Counted from the first letter of the stretch, positions 26,428 to 37,043 are shown. The stretch: 64,000 nt of DNA from an uncultured Anaerotruncus sp. (GCA_902461815.1 CABPZE010000001.1:321374-385373), one strand, 5' to 3'. Numbers and translations: made by a program. The notes: generated by a model not told the origin, from the letters alone.

Positions 26428-26996
26428 GAACAGCTTTCAAGCGTACTCTGACCGTCATAATCATCGCCGCGCTGTCTGTTTGCTGCGGTATTCTTTATGA
26501 CCGGCTTTGCGACCGCAATGAACGAGCAGAATATCCAAGGGAATATACCTCATCTGTGATGAAATACTCCGCGGAATTCGGTGTTCCGGCAAATATAATA
26601 TATGCCGCGCTCAAGGTTGAGAGCAACTTCAATTCCGCGCTCAAGACCGGAGAAGGCGAAAACTCACGCGTCGGTCTTATGCAATTGTCGGCAGATGATT
26701 ACAGGACTTATGGAAGCCGACTCGGAATTAACACTGATCCCGGTCTCTTGTATGAGCCTGAGACCAATCTTACCATCGGAAGCTATCGGATATCCGAATA
26801 TTATGAAAAATATTCCGATTGGCGATGCGTTTTTTCCGCCATGCATTCCGGAACGGATACAGTTGACAGCTGGCTTGCAACACCTGAGCTTACCGACTCA
26901 CAGGGAAAGCTGAAGACTATCCCGGACAAAGAAACCGCAGATTATGTCGAGCGGATGGAAAAGACCTATGCAAAGTACAACGAGCTTTACGGATGA
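26424..26996 (+). CDS. Membrane-anchored lytic transglycosylase (SLT domain)
   Basis: N-terminal TM helix, catalytic 'LKVESNFN' and 'GLMQL' motifs. ATGA overlap with the coaE stop. Confidence 0.75.
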   Translation: MRTAFKRTLTVIIIAALSVCCGILYDRLCDRNERAEYPREYTSSVMKYSAEFGVPANIIYAALKVESNFNSALKTGEGENSRVGLMQLSADDYRTYGSRLGINTDPGLLYEPETNLTIGSYRISEYYEKYSDWRCVFSAMHSGTDTVDSWLATPELTDSQGKLKTIPDKETADYVERMEKTYAKYNELYG

Positions 26997-27038
26997 TCCG
27001 ATTAAAAACTAAAATAACATTATGAAAGGACAAAAATC

Positions 27039-28448
27039 ATGAGACCCGAAGTTGAAAATTCAGAAAAGACCCCCGCAGACTCCGCAAAGGAACTTGCATA
27101 CACCAAAAAGACCGTATACCAGCTGCGCAGTGACGCCGATATTGACGCGGCATATGATTACGCACGCGGATATTCAGCTTTTCTTGACGCGGCAAAAACA
27201 GAGCGTGAAGCGGTAAGCACCGCCATAGAGCTTGCACGCGACAAAGGATTTGTCGAATACCGTTTCGGCGACGAAATTAAAAAAGGCGGAAAATATTATT
27301 ACAATAACCGCGGAAAAAATCTGTTTCTCTTTTACATCGGCAAAAAGGATGTAAAGGAGGGCATACGTATCTCCGCCGCACACATTGACTCTCCTCGGCT
27401 TGACCTCAAGCAGGTTCCCCTGTATGAGGATTCCGGCATGAGCTTCCTTAAAACGCACTATTACGGCGGCATAAGGAAATATCAGTGGGTCGCGACCCCT
27501 CTTGCCCTCCACGGAGTGGTTGCCAAAAAGAACGGCGAAACAGTAAACATCGTCATCGGTGAAGACGACAACGATCCCGTGCTTTATATCAATGACCTGC
27601 TTCCCCACCTTGGTCACGGCGACGATGCAAAGCCGCTCGGCTCTGCAATACCGGGAGAAAAGCTGAATCTGCTCGTCGGAAGCCGCCCCATCGCAGATGT
27701 ATCCGATGGTATCAAGCTGAACGTATTGCGCATCCTCAATGAAAAATACTCAATCGACGAAGCGGACTTCCTTTCCGCAGAGCTTTCGGCAGTACCTCTC
27801 GGCAAAGCGCGCGACGCAGGACTTGACCGTTCCATGATCTGCGCTTACGGACATGACGACAGAGTATGCTCCTATCCTGCGCTGACCGCAATGTTTGAAG
27901 CTCTCGATGGAGATAACTCGATGCTCTGCATCCTTGCAGACAAGGAGGAGACCGGAAGCGCAGGAAACACCGGCATGCAGTGCGAGCTTATGCTCGATCT
28001 CATAGATGCGATTGCCGCTTCTCAGAACACCCCTGCTGCCGTTGTGCGTGTAAATTCAAAGTGTCTCTCGGCAGATGTTTCTGCCGCATTTGACCCCAAT
28101 TTCGGCGATGTTTTTGAAAAACGCAATTCCTCGCTGCTTTCCTGTGGTGTTGTGCTTACAAAATACACCGGCTCGCGCGGAAAATCCGGAACAAGCGACG
28201 CCTCAGCGGAATACATCGGATGGCTTCGCGGAATCATGGAGCGCGATGAGGTCGTATGGCAGGCAGGAGAGCTTGGCAAGGTTGACGCGGGAGGCGGAGG
28301 AACAGTCGCTCAGTTTATCGCCAAACACAACATCGAGGTAGTTGACCTGGGTGTTCCGGTCATATCCATGCATGCGCCGTATGAGATCATTTCCAAAGTA
28401 GACCTCTATGAAGCTCACCGCGCTTTTGCTGCGTTCAACAAATATTGA
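27039..28448 (+). CDS. M18-family aminopeptidase
   Basis: 469 aa with 'SAAHIDSPRLDLK', 'THYYGGIRKYQW' and 'DKEETGS…' motifs typical of aspartyl/aminopeptidase-1 enzymes. GAAAGGA RBS present. Confidence 0.78.
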   Translation: MRPEVENSEKTPADSAKELAYTKKTVYQLRSDADIDAAYDYARGYSAFLDAAKTEREAVSTAIELARDKGFVEYRFGDEIKKGGKYYYNNRGKNLFLFYIGKKDVKEGIRISAAHIDSPRLDLKQVPLYEDSGMSFLKTHYYGGIRKYQWVATPLALHGVVAKKNGETVNIVIGEDDNDPVLYINDLLPHLGHGDDAKPLGSAIPGEKLNLLVGSRPIADVSDGIKLNVLRILNEKYSIDEADFLSAELSAVPLGKARDAGLDRSMICAYGHDDRVCSYPALTAMFEALDGDNSMLCILADKEETGSAGNTGMQCELMLDLIDAIAASQNTPAAVVRVNSKCLSADVSAAFDPNFGDVFEKRNSSLLSCGVVLTKYTGSRGKSGTSDASAEYIGWLRGIMERDEVVWQAGELGKVDAGGGGTVAQFIAKHNIEVVDLGVPVISMHAPYEIISKVDLYEAHRAFAAFNKY

Positions 28449-28457
28449 TGCCGCTCC

Positions 28458-29552
28458 ATGCCTGACTCATCAGCCGTACTGAAAAAGCTCGGCGAGACCG
28501 AGAAAAAATACTGCAGTCTTGAAGAGCTTCTGGCACTACCCGAAACATTTTCCAACATTCCGCTTTATACAAGCACCATGAAGGAATACCGCTCTCTGAC
28601 GCCGGTTATCACCAGATACCGCGATTATATGCGGATGTCATCCGAGGCGGAGGAAGCCGAGGCGCTTTCTCAAGATTCCTCAGACCCTGAACTGCGCGCC
28701 ATGGCGGCGGAGGAGCTGTACGATCTGCGCGAGAAGCTTTCCGCTCTCGAAAACGAGCTTACCGGAATGCTTCTTGCAAGAGATCCCAATGACGACAGAA
28801 ACGTGGTCGTTGAGATACGCGCGGGCGCCGGCGGAGAAGAAGCGTGCCTTTTTGCCGCAGTACTTTACCGGATGTATTCAATGTACTGTGAAAAATCCGG
28901 TTTCCGGGTTTCGGTCGCAGATGCAAACGAAACCGGACTTGGCGGTTTTCGCGCGCTTACCTTCACCGTTGAAGGCGACGGAGCATATTCCCGCTTCAAA
29001 TTTGAATCGGGTGTACACCGCGTTCAGCGCGTACCTCAGACCGAATCTCAGGGAAGAATACAGACCTCCACCGTTACGGTGGCGGTCCTTCCCGAGGCGG
29101 ACGATGTTGATATTGAAATACTGCCTCAGGACCTTGAATTTGAAACCTGCAAATCAAGCGGAGCGGGTGGACAGCATATCAACAAAACAGAATCCGCCGT
29201 AAGAATAACGCATAAACCCTCCGGAATCGTCGTTGAATGTCAGGAGGAGCGCTCGCAATTCAAAAACCGGGACAAAGCTCTCAAGCTTCTGCGTGCAAAG
29301 CTTTATGATATCAAGATGCGTGAGCAGACCGACAAAATTGCCGCCGAGCGGCGCACACAGGTCGGCAGTGGTGACCGCAGTGAAAAGATACGCACCTACA
29401 ACTACCCTCAGAACCGTGTGACCGACCACCGGATAGGTCTTACGCTTTACTCCCTTGACTCATTTCTTGACGGAGACATCGGCGGGATGGTCGACGCCCT
29501 CATTGCGGCGGACACCGCAGAAAAACTGCGCACCGGAGACGATACGGAATAA
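28458..29552 (+). CDS. prfA: Peptide chain release factor 1
   Basis: GGQ motif 'SSGAGGQHINKTESAVRITH' and an RF1-type PxT codon-recognition loop 'RVPQTESQGRIQTS'. No frameshift site, as expected for RF1. Confidence 0.92.
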   Translation: MPDSSAVLKKLGETEKKYCSLEELLALPETFSNIPLYTSTMKEYRSLTPVITRYRDYMRMSSEAEEAEALSQDSSDPELRAMAAEELYDLREKLSALENELTGMLLARDPNDDRNVVVEIRAGAGGEEACLFAAVLYRMYSMYCEKSGFRVSVADANETGLGGFRALTFTVEGDGAYSRFKFESGVHRVQRVPQTESQGRIQTSTVTVAVLPEADDVDIEILPQDLEFETCKSSGAGGQHINKTESAVRITHKPSGIVVECQEERSQFKNRDKALKLLRAKLYDIKMREQTDKIAAERRTQVGSGDRSEKIRTYNYPQNRVTDHRIGLTLYSLDSFLDGDIGGMVDALIAADTAEKLRTGDDTE

Positions 29553-29578
29553 AAAATATTATTTATCAAAGGCATATT

Positions 29579-30634
29579 ATGTCATCATCCACAACTCTCA
29601 ATACAGTTCATATCACATTGAATCCGGATAATTTCGACGAAGCACTTCTCAAGCCTGCCGCGGAAGCCATACGTCGCGGTGGACTCGTGATCTTTCCGAC
29701 AGAAACGGTTTACGGTCTCGGCGGTGACGCCACCAACGCGGAGTCGGCATCAAAAATCTATGCGGCAAAGGGTAGACCGTCGGATAATCCCCTGATAATC
29801 CATATTGCCGAACCGCGAGATGCCGAACCGTACTGCCGTACCTCCCCGCTCTATTACAGACTTGCCTCAAACTTCATGCCCGGACCACTGACCGTTATCA
29901 TGCCTAAAAAAGACACGATACCGGAACGGGTAACCGGAGGACTTGATTCTGTCGCCGTAAGATGTCCTTCTCACCCGATCGCCAATGCACTTATACGTCT
30001 TTGCCGAGTTCCGATTGCGGCACCTAGCGCAAACATTTCCGGGCGTCCCTCGCCAACACGTGCGGAGCACGCCTCGCACGATCTCGACGGACGCGTTGAC
30101 TATATAATCGACGGTGGAGAATGCCGCTTTGGTGTTGAGTCGACCATTGTCCGCATAGACGACGATAAATCGCTTACTCTGCTTCGGCCGGGAGCAATAA
30201 CGTACGATGCGCTTCGTTGCGTTGCCGAGAATGTTACCATAGCCCCGGCAGTCACCGAAATGCTCAAGGCTGATGAGCGTCCGCTTTCCCCGGGAATGAA
30301 ATACCGTCATTACGCACCGTCAAAACCGCTGAAGCTCGTCAAAGGCTCTGAATCCGAAAAACTGCTTTTTTTCAGACACGCACAGGAGACCGAGGACTGC
30401 ATTATTATCTGCTACGACGAGCAGGAGCCTCAGCTTCATGCAGGAAAGGTGCTGACCATCGGAGCCGGATACGATCTTGAAACACAAATGCACCGACTGT
30501 TTTCGGCGCTCCGTGAATCGGATGATATTCCCGCAGATGTCATCTACGCCAATTTACCTGATACCGACGGACTGGGACTTGCGCTTTATAATCGCCTTAT
30601 CCGTGCCGCGGCACATACAGTAATAAGTCTTTGA
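29579..30634 (+). CDS. tsaC: L-threonylcarbamoyladenylate synthase (Sua5/YwlC type, YrdC + Sua5 domains)
   Basis: 'VIFPTETVYGLGGDA', 'KGRPSDNPLIIH', 'SANISGRPSPT', plus a ~130-aa C-terminal Sua5 domain. Confidence 0.88.
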   Translation: MSSSTTLNTVHITLNPDNFDEALLKPAAEAIRRGGLVIFPTETVYGLGGDATNAESASKIYAAKGRPSDNPLIIHIAEPRDAEPYCRTSPLYYRLASNFMPGPLTVIMPKKDTIPERVTGGLDSVAVRCPSHPIANALIRLCRVPIAAPSANISGRPSPTRAEHASHDLDGRVDYIIDGGECRFGVESTIVRIDDDKSLTLLRPGAITYDALRCVAENVTIAPAVTEMLKADERPLSPGMKYRHYAPSKPLKLVKGSESEKLLFFRHAQETEDCIIICYDEQEPQLHAGKVLTIGAGYDLETQMHRLFSALRESDDIPADVIYANLPDTDGLGLALYNRLIRAAAHTVISL

Positions 30635-30654
30635 TCACAGAAAGGTTGATCCTT

Positions 30655-32898
30655 ATGGCAAAAAAGAAAAAAACGACCGACGAAAAAATCACGGGAGTCG
30701 AACCGGCAGCGCCTGTTACCCCTCAGCTTATTACCGAAACAATAGAAGAAAACTATATGCCATACGTAATGAGCGTTATAGTTTCGCGCGCAATTCCGGA
30801 GATCGACGGCTTCAAGCCGGCGCACCGCAAGCTGCTTTATACTATGTATAAAATGGGTCTGATGACCGGACCGAGAACCAAAAGCGCGAATGTAGTCGGG
30901 CAGACCATGAGGCTTAACCCTCACGGAGATATGGCGATATATGAAACTCTGGTTCGCCTTACGCGCGGCAACGCCGCCCTGCTTCACCCTTTTATTGACT
31001 CAAAAGGTGCATTCGGCAAGCAATACAGCACTGAAATGAAATTTTCGGCTCCCAGATACACTGAGGTCAAGCTCGACAAATTTACATCAGAGATCTTCTC
31101 AGGGATCGACAAAAACGCCGTTGACCTTGTCGATAACTATGACGGCACAATGAAGGAGCCGGTCCTGCTTCCGACCACTTTCCCGAATATTCTTGTTACG
31201 CCGAATATGGGAATTGCCGTCGGCATGGCGTCAAACATCTGCTCCTTCAATCTTGCCGAAATATGTGACGGTACAATTGCTTTGCTGCGCAATCCCAAGC
31301 TCGATACCGAAAAACTGCTGGATATTATCAAGGCTCCCGATTTCCCGGGCGGGGGACAGATAATATACAACCGTGATTCGATGCGCGAGGTGTTTGAGAC
31401 CGGATCAGGCTCGGTGCGCATCCGCTCAAAATATAAATATGACCCCAAAGCAAACTGCATCGATATACTTGAGATACCGTACTCCACCACCATTGAGCAG
31501 ATAATAAAACGTCTGACCGAGCTTTACAAGGACAACAAGCTTAAGGAGGTCACTGACTTTCGCGATGAGATCGGTCTTTCAGGCTTCAAGCTGACGCTTG
31601 ATATTCGTCGTGGCACAGACCCCGATCAGCTTATGGCAAAGCTTTTCAAGTCATCGCCGCTTGAGGACTCCTTCAAATGCAACTTCAACGTGCTGATCGA
31701 TTCTGTTCCGCGTCAGATGGGCGTCAGGGAGATACTTAATGAATGGATAAAGTTCCGTACGGAATGTTTTTCACGCGAGATACGCTTTGAGCTTGACCGT
31801 ATGCGCGAAAAGCTGCATCTTCTCATGGGTCTCGGACGTATACTTCTTGACATTGACAAAGCTATCAGAATAATCCGCGGCACCGAAAAAGAAGCCGACG
31901 TTATTCCCAACCTTTGCAAAGGCTTTTCAATAGATGAGGCACAGGCTGAATTTATTGCCGATATCAAGCTGCGTTATCTGAACCGGGAATATATCCTGAA
32001 TCGTATAAAGGACATTGACGAGCTTCAAAAGAAGATAGCGGAGCATGAGGCTACACTCGCGGACGAGCTTAAGCTGAAAAAGCTGATTGCCGCCCAGCTT
32101 ACAGAGATCAAGAAAAAATACGGTCAGCCGCGTCGCTCGGAAATAATTCACGAACACGAAATAACCGTTGTTGCACCGGAAAACGATGTGGAAAACTTCC
32201 CTGCGCACTTCTTCCTCACTTCCGAGGGATACTTCAAAAAGATCACTGCGCTGTCGCTTCGCGGCAACGATGAGCACAAGCTGAAAGACGGAGACAAAAT
32301 TATCTGCGAAGCGGAAGCGGACAACCTCACCGACCTTTTCTTCTTCACCGACAAAGCCCAGCTGTATCGTGCCAAGGCGTCTGATTTTGACATCTGCAAG
32401 GCATCGGCAATGGGAGAATTTCTGCCTGCCAAGCTGGGATTTGACCAGGGAGAAAAGCCTATATACATGAAGGTCGGAGCTGAGTGGAGTGAGAAAAAGA
32501 ATTTCGTCTTTGTATTTGAAAACGGTAAAGGTGTAAAAGTACCTCAGTCTGTGTATCTTACCAAAGGCAACCGGCGCAAGCTGACCGGGGCATTCTCCCC
32601 CTCCTCTCCCATCAAAGGATTTTTCGAGGAAGACAAACCGTTTGATATATTGATAGTGACCTCAAACGATCGCGCCGCGGTACTGTCGTCATCCCTCATT
32701 CCGCTTAAAACAACACGCACATCAATAGGTTCTCAGCTTGTAACATTGCGCTCCGACGCAACAGTAAGCACTGTTATGCGTGACTTTACCGACAAATTTG
32801 AAAATACCAAAGGATACAAAAAGATCAAAATACCAGCTACTCCAGTTTTACTTGTTGAGAAGGACATTGAAAAAATGCAGCTAAAGCTCGATATCTGA
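30655..32898 (+). CDS. Type IIA topoisomerase subunit A (ParC/GyrA-like, short form)
   Basis: 'YVMSVIVSRAIPEIDGFKPAHRKLLY', 'RLNPHGD' and the catalytic Tyr context 'SAPRYTEVKL'. ATG at 30655 with AAAGG 9 nt upstream; the track uses TTG at 30631. No B subunit gene is adjacent. Confidence 0.8.
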   Translation: MAKKKKTTDEKITGVEPAAPVTPQLITETIEENYMPYVMSVIVSRAIPEIDGFKPAHRKLLYTMYKMGLMTGPRTKSANVVGQTMRLNPHGDMAIYETLVRLTRGNAALLHPFIDSKGAFGKQYSTEMKFSAPRYTEVKLDKFTSEIFSGIDKNAVDLVDNYDGTMKEPVLLPTTFPNILVTPNMGIAVGMASNICSFNLAEICDGTIALLRNPKLDTEKLLDIIKAPDFPGGGQIIYNRDSMREVFETGSGSVRIRSKYKYDPKANCIDILEIPYSTTIEQIIKRLTELYKDNKLKEVTDFRDEIGLSGFKLTLDIRRGTDPDQLMAKLFKSSPLEDSFKCNFNVLIDSVPRQMGVREILNEWIKFRTECFSREIRFELDRMREKLHLLMGLGRILLDIDKAIRIIRGTEKEADVIPNLCKGFSIDEAQAEFIADIKLRYLNREYILNRIKDIDELQKKIAEHEATLADELKLKKLIAAQLTEIKKKYGQPRRSEIIHEHEITVVAPENDVENFPAHFFLTSEGYFKKITALSLRGNDEHKLKDGDKIICEAEADNLTDLFFFTDKAQLYRAKASDFDICKASAMGEFLPAKLGFDQGEKPIYMKVGAEWSEKKNFVFVFENGKGVKVPQSVYLTKGNRRKLTGAFSPSSPIKGFFEEDKPFDILIVTSNDRAAVLSSSLIPLKTTRTSIGSQLVTLRSDATVSTVMRDFTDKFENTKGYKKIKIPATPVLLVEKDIEKMQLKLDI

Positions 32899-32946
32899 CA
32901 TAAGCCGGAGACGAGTTGATACCATCCGAATAATGGAGCAACCAAA

Positions 32947-33930
32947 ATGATTAAAAAACCAGAATTTCTGAAAAAAACTGCGTCGCTGATGCTTGCATTG
33001 TCGCTTGCCTTTATTACATCAATCGCAGTATATGCAACAGTAACCTATGACAGTTCCACTGACCCCGTGGTATCACTTTCAGGTCTGGCTCAGTATGTGG
33101 AAAACTATGTGCTGAAGCCGATAGACTCACGCATTTCAGACCTTTCAAGCAGAATAAGCGCACTTGAGCTCGGAGGCACGGGCGGCGGTTCGGGCGGCTT
33201 TGATTCAGAAGCCTATCAGACGCTGATAGCGCGTATTGCCGCGCTGGAGGAAAGCTCAAAGCTCAAGGATGAACAGATATCCAAGCTGAAATCAGATGTC
33301 GAATCGGCAAAAAATGAGCTGAACGGTCGAATCGGAGCTGTCGAACAGAACTACACGGCTCTGTCCAAGCAGATCACGGCGATAAGTGATTCTCTTACCG
33401 GTATCAAGAGCAGTATTGAAACGCTTAAAACCGATAAGACAAATTTGGAAAAGGACTTTGCCGATCTGTCCGATAAATACCTTGCTGTCACCAAATCAAT
33501 GCGCGAGCTTCAGACGTCGCTCGACAAGCTCACAGGTGATGGCGGAGCGATCAGCGAACTAAGGGCGCAGTATAATGCACTCGAAGAATCATGGCAGCTG
33601 CTACAGGCAAAGGCGGGAGTCATGTACCGTCCAGTCTATGTAGAAAACGGAAAAACTATAATGGCTAAAAATGCCGATGAGGGCATACTTGTAATTGTAC
33701 GCACCGGATATGCCGTTATTGTTTCTCCATACAATACATCAGGAACGCTTCAGGGCGTCAACGACCTGACCAGCGGAGAGGAGCTTTACAACGGCGCTGA
33801 CGCACCGCATATGCATAATCTGCTGATCCCGCGCGGCGGAGATGACGGTCGAGGAATACGCATTGAAAGCTATGACGGTGCTTACGTAATGATCGGAGGC
33901 GAATATGTCATTGTCGACAGCAACAGCTAA
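32947..33930 (+). CDS. Secreted coiled-coil protein with beta-rich C-terminal domain (function unknown)
   Basis: Signal/anchor 'ASLMLALSLAFITSIAVYA', a ~170-aa heptad-like region (…LSSRISALE…IAALEESSKLKDEQISKLK…), then a ~100-aa non-repetitive domain. GGAG RBS present. Confidence 0.55.
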   Translation: MIKKPEFLKKTASLMLALSLAFITSIAVYATVTYDSSTDPVVSLSGLAQYVENYVLKPIDSRISDLSSRISALELGGTGGGSGGFDSEAYQTLIARIAALEESSKLKDEQISKLKSDVESAKNELNGRIGAVEQNYTALSKQITAISDSLTGIKSSIETLKTDKTNLEKDFADLSDKYLAVTKSMRELQTSLDKLTGDGGAISELRAQYNALEESWQLLQAKAGVMYRPVYVENGKTIMAKNADEGILVIVRTGYAVIVSPYNTSGTLQGVNDLTSGEELYNGADAPHMHNLLIPRGGDDGRGIRIESYDGAYVMIGGEYVIVDSNS

Positions 33931-35923
33931 AGCCTCGGTATCACGCCATGCCAAGCGTATCGGAAAAAGAGCAACAGCCACAACTCTTGCGCTTGCCTTG
34001 ATATTCGGAACTCTGCTGTTTGCAGTTTTCTTCATCGTAAATGCCTCCGCTGACAGCTCCGAGCTTTCCGGATATGCCATAAATTCAACTGTAAAAACCA
34101 ACCCTACATACCTTGCAATCGGAATCAGGTACGGTGAGGATGCTCCGTTTTCCGTATCCATGCTTTCACCTTACGGCTTTGTTGTAGGTGAGACCGTAAT
34201 CACAAGAACGGAACGCAATTTCAAGCCTCTGTACCGGATAAATTCCGCCTCCGTATACGCTGTTTGCGATACCAATCTGAAGATCGGTTACAACTCATGC
34301 TCTGCGGCGTCAGGCGAAAGCGATACCGATATTGGCGGGTATCACGTTGAGATCTCCTACGACGGCATCGACGTCTGGGACTATATCAACAATTATTCCG
34401 ACCTGTTTACAGCAATGTACGGCCACTGCTTCCCCGCTTACATAAACGGAGAAAAACGCATCCGCATAGGCGCGTTCCCAAGCTATACCTCGGCAGGCGA
34501 GGCTGCAGCGGCGGTTTCGGCGTTTCTTCCGGATTACACAATAAAGATCGCTTCCCCATCGGCTACCGGAGTCTGCGTACTGGATGATGAGATGGAAAGC
34601 ATTCTGTTTGAGTATGAGGGCGGAGAGTACAGCTACCTTGGATTTGCAGCTTATCAGCAAGCAGGAAAAGACTACGCTTATATTCAGGACAGCGCGACCT
34701 CAACGGTATATGACGGACTTTTCTGCTACCGTCATTATATTGGTTCAGGGTCTGACGGCTTGATACACATAAATCTCGTGGAGCTTAACACATATGTCGA
34801 AGGAGTCCTTCCAAACGAGATCTACACAAGCTGGGATATTGAAACACAGAAAGCGTTTGCAATAACTGTACGCTCATATTCTGTTATCTGCATCGGTAAA
34901 CACTTTTCTTCATACGGCTTTGATATGTGCAGTCTTTCTCACTGTGAAAACTATCGCGGCAGAAAGCTGATCACAGAACGTGTGACTCAGGCAGTGTATG
35001 AGACAAAGGATCAGGTGCTTACATACGGAAATCAGATAGTTGAGGGTCTTTACTCCTCAAGCATAGGCGGTTGGTCGGTAGACACGCAGTATGTCTGGGG
35101 CGGTATAACCGACGATTATATTCGTGCACAGGCTACTCCGTGGGAGAGATACTCCGAATACCGTTCCGGAATGTGGTTCAAAGAAGTATCGGCTTCTCAG
35201 CTTAAGACCGCATGCCGCGAATACGGAGAGCTTCAGATCGACTCTGATATTGTAAATGTTGAGACTACCACTACCGGAGATTCACCGTATGTATATTCCA
35301 TAAAGCTGACGGACCGTAACGGTCACACAGCCACAGTAACACGCTGTTCCGCAGTGCGTTCGCTTCTTTACGGATACGTGTGGTCTGCAAATATTGTCAT
35401 AGGCAAAGGCTCTGTTGATTACAGCTATGAAAATTTAAAGTCAATCAGGATAATCAATCTTCAGGGCTCAGGCGCAGGTTCAGTCAATGTGTTGACAAGC
35501 AATGGCACGGCTTTTGCTGATTCTTCAGGCTTCAACTTCCTGACTGACCTCGGACAAGCACTGAAGGACAACTCAAGCACGCTTCATGTTTACACTGCCA
35601 ACGGAGTTGCCCAGCTGACCTCCGGCGATGTTGAAATACCGATCACCACCGAGCCGGACGCAAACGGAAATTACACCGTGGTTTCCAATTATGACAGCTT
35701 CCTGATCGTTACTCAACTGCAAAAAGTATACGATACATACAAAGCATCCGATCCCAGTTCCTTTGCTATTGTCGGAAAAGGAATGGGACACGGTGTGGGA
35801 ATGAGTCAGTTTGGAGCTTCAGACCTCGGAGAAGCCGGAGCGACCGCCGAGCAGATACTGCTCGCCTATTTCCCCGGCACAACAATAAGTAATTATTATA
35901 GCTTCATGGCAGCCAACAATTAA
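33905..35923 (+). CDS. SpoIID/LytB-domain protein (cell-wall lytic transglycosylase family) with long C-terminal extension
   Basis: 'YVEGVLPNEIYTSWDIETQKAFAITVRSYS' and C-terminal 'GKGMGHGVGMSQFGA' are SpoIID hallmarks. GGAGG RBS lies 5 nt upstream. The gene overlaps the previous gene by 26 nt. Confidence 0.78.
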   Translation: MSLSTATAKASVSRHAKRIGKRATATTLALALIFGTLLFAVFFIVNASADSSELSGYAINSTVKTNPTYLAIGIRYGEDAPFSVSMLSPYGFVVGETVITRTERNFKPLYRINSASVYAVCDTNLKIGYNSCSAASGESDTDIGGYHVEISYDGIDVWDYINNYSDLFTAMYGHCFPAYINGEKRIRIGAFPSYTSAGEAAAAVSAFLPDYTIKIASPSATGVCVLDDEMESILFEYEGGEYSYLGFAAYQQAGKDYAYIQDSATSTVYDGLFCYRHYIGSGSDGLIHINLVELNTYVEGVLPNEIYTSWDIETQKAFAITVRSYSVICIGKHFSSYGFDMCSLSHCENYRGRKLITERVTQAVYETKDQVLTYGNQIVEGLYSSSIGGWSVDTQYVWGGITDDYIRAQATPWERYSEYRSGMWFKEVSASQLKTACREYGELQIDSDIVNVETTTTGDSPYVYSIKLTDRNGHTATVTRCSAVRSLLYGYVWSANIVIGKGSVDYSYENLKSIRIINLQGSGAGSVNVLTSNGTAFADSSGFNFLTDLGQALKDNSSTLHVYTANGVAQLTSGDVEIPITTEPDANGNYTVVSNYDSFLIVTQLQKVYDTYKASDPSSFAIVGKGMGHGVGMSQFGASDLGEAGATAEQILLAYFPGTTISNYYSFMAANN

Positions 35924-35930
35924 TCAACAA

Positions 35931-35973
35931 AACACCATCAGGGACGCCGATCGGCGTCCCTGATGGTGTTTTG
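35931..35973. terminator. Bidirectional intrinsic terminator
   Basis: A 19-bp perfect stem, AACACCATCAGGGACGCCG (35931-35949) pairing with CGGCGTCCCTGATGGTGTT (35952-35970), then TTTT. It lies between convergent genes. Confidence 0.8.
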
Positions 35974-35982
35974 GCAGATATT

Positions 35983-36951
35983 TTATTTAAGAAAGTCCAT
36001 GAGATCATTCTCGGTTATTCCGCAAAGCTCAGATATGCGGTCTGCCATACGGATCTTATCAAGTCCTGCAAGCGAATGTGAATCCGTACCGAAAGTAAAC
36101 CGACACCCGGCACTCTTAGCAAGCTTCATGACGCGTATCATCGCCTCATCCGCAAAATCATTTTCCGGCATTTTGAAAGCACCGGTATTGACTTCAATGC
36201 CAACGCCCAACTCCTGAGCGCGGGTAAAGCATTCAAGATACTGTTCATCAGACACGGCTTCAATAAGTATCTTCTGCATTTCCTTTGAGAAACCGCAGGG
36301 AGAAAAAGTATGTGCAATAGAAGTAGGGACGGTTTTGGCGAGCTTCTGAAATTCAGGATTGTTCATAAGCCTGAGGAAGCTCTTGTACATAAAATCAACA
36401 TTGTATCCTATTACATCAACATGGCGCTCGCCGATCAGGTTCTCAATATCCCCGTTTGAGAGAGTATTTACAAGCCTCTTCGCCTGATCAATGCTAAGCT
36501 CCGGAAGCGCGGACGCAACCTTAGCTGTCAGTTCTTCGCGCTTGGCTTTTACGTCCTCCATCTCCGGGATAACAAAATTTTTCATATGAATGTGAGTGTG
36601 AGGAACAAGCACATAGTCAAAACGCTTTGCGGTTTCAGCAAGCATACCGAGAGTGTCGCTCATTCCGCAGTATTCGGTTTCAGTTCCTACCATAAGCCTT
36701 ATTCCGGGAATCGACGGCATCGCCGCGCGCGCTCCCTCAAGGCCGAAATTTATCATCTGCTGATGATACCACTTGCTCGCTCCCGGAACCTTCTCATCCC
36801 ACAGGTGATTTGATACACCGAAAACGGTATGCCCCAGCTCTTTTGCACGGCGCGCGAATGCTTCAACCGTTGCTTCCGGATCGTAGCAACAGGATGAGAG
36901 CAATGTGTGATTATGTATGTCGTGAGTTACTTTCACAGATAGACCCTCCAA
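35983..36951 (-). CDS. PHP-domain metal-dependent phosphoesterase-like protein
   Basis: N-terminal 'HDIHNHTLLS' (HxH), and later 'LVPHTHIHM' and 'FGTDSHS' His/Asp clusters in PHP-like spacing. The specific substrate is unknown. Confidence 0.55.
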   Translation of the reverse strand: MEGLSVKVTHDIHNHTLLSSCCYDPEATVEAFARRAKELGHTVFGVSNHLWDEKVPGASKWYHQQMINFGLEGARAAMPSIPGIRLMVGTETEYCGMSDTLGMLAETAKRFDYVLVPHTHIHMKNFVIPEMEDVKAKREELTAKVASALPELSIDQAKRLVNTLSNGDIENLIGERHVDVIGYNVDFMYKSFLRLMNNPEFQKLAKTVPTSIAHTFSPCGFSKEMQKILIEAVSDEQYLECFTRAQELGVGIEVNTGAFKMPENDFADEAMIRVMKLAKSAGCRFTFGTDSHSLAGLDKIRMADRISELCGITENDLMDFLK

Positions 36952-37014
36952 TCATTTTTATGCTCCCATTATAGCAGATTAAGCGGCATTTTGCAACTGT
37001 TTTGCGATTTTTGC

Positions 37015-37043
37015 TTGATATTTTTCTTATGTTGTGATATCAT
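37015..37043 (+). promoter_or_regulatory. Sigma-A-type promoter upstream of deoC
   Basis: TTGATA (37015-37020), a 17-nt spacer, then TATCAT (37038-37043), with TG at 37035-37036. Confidence 0.5.

Noticed and set aside
29034-29042. RF1 codon-recognition tripeptide reads PQT rather than the PAT or PVT I remember from model organisms
   Set aside because: The middle position of the PxT motif is known to be variable, and I cannot judge the rarity of Gln without an alignment. It is not enough to suggest altered stop-codon recognition.
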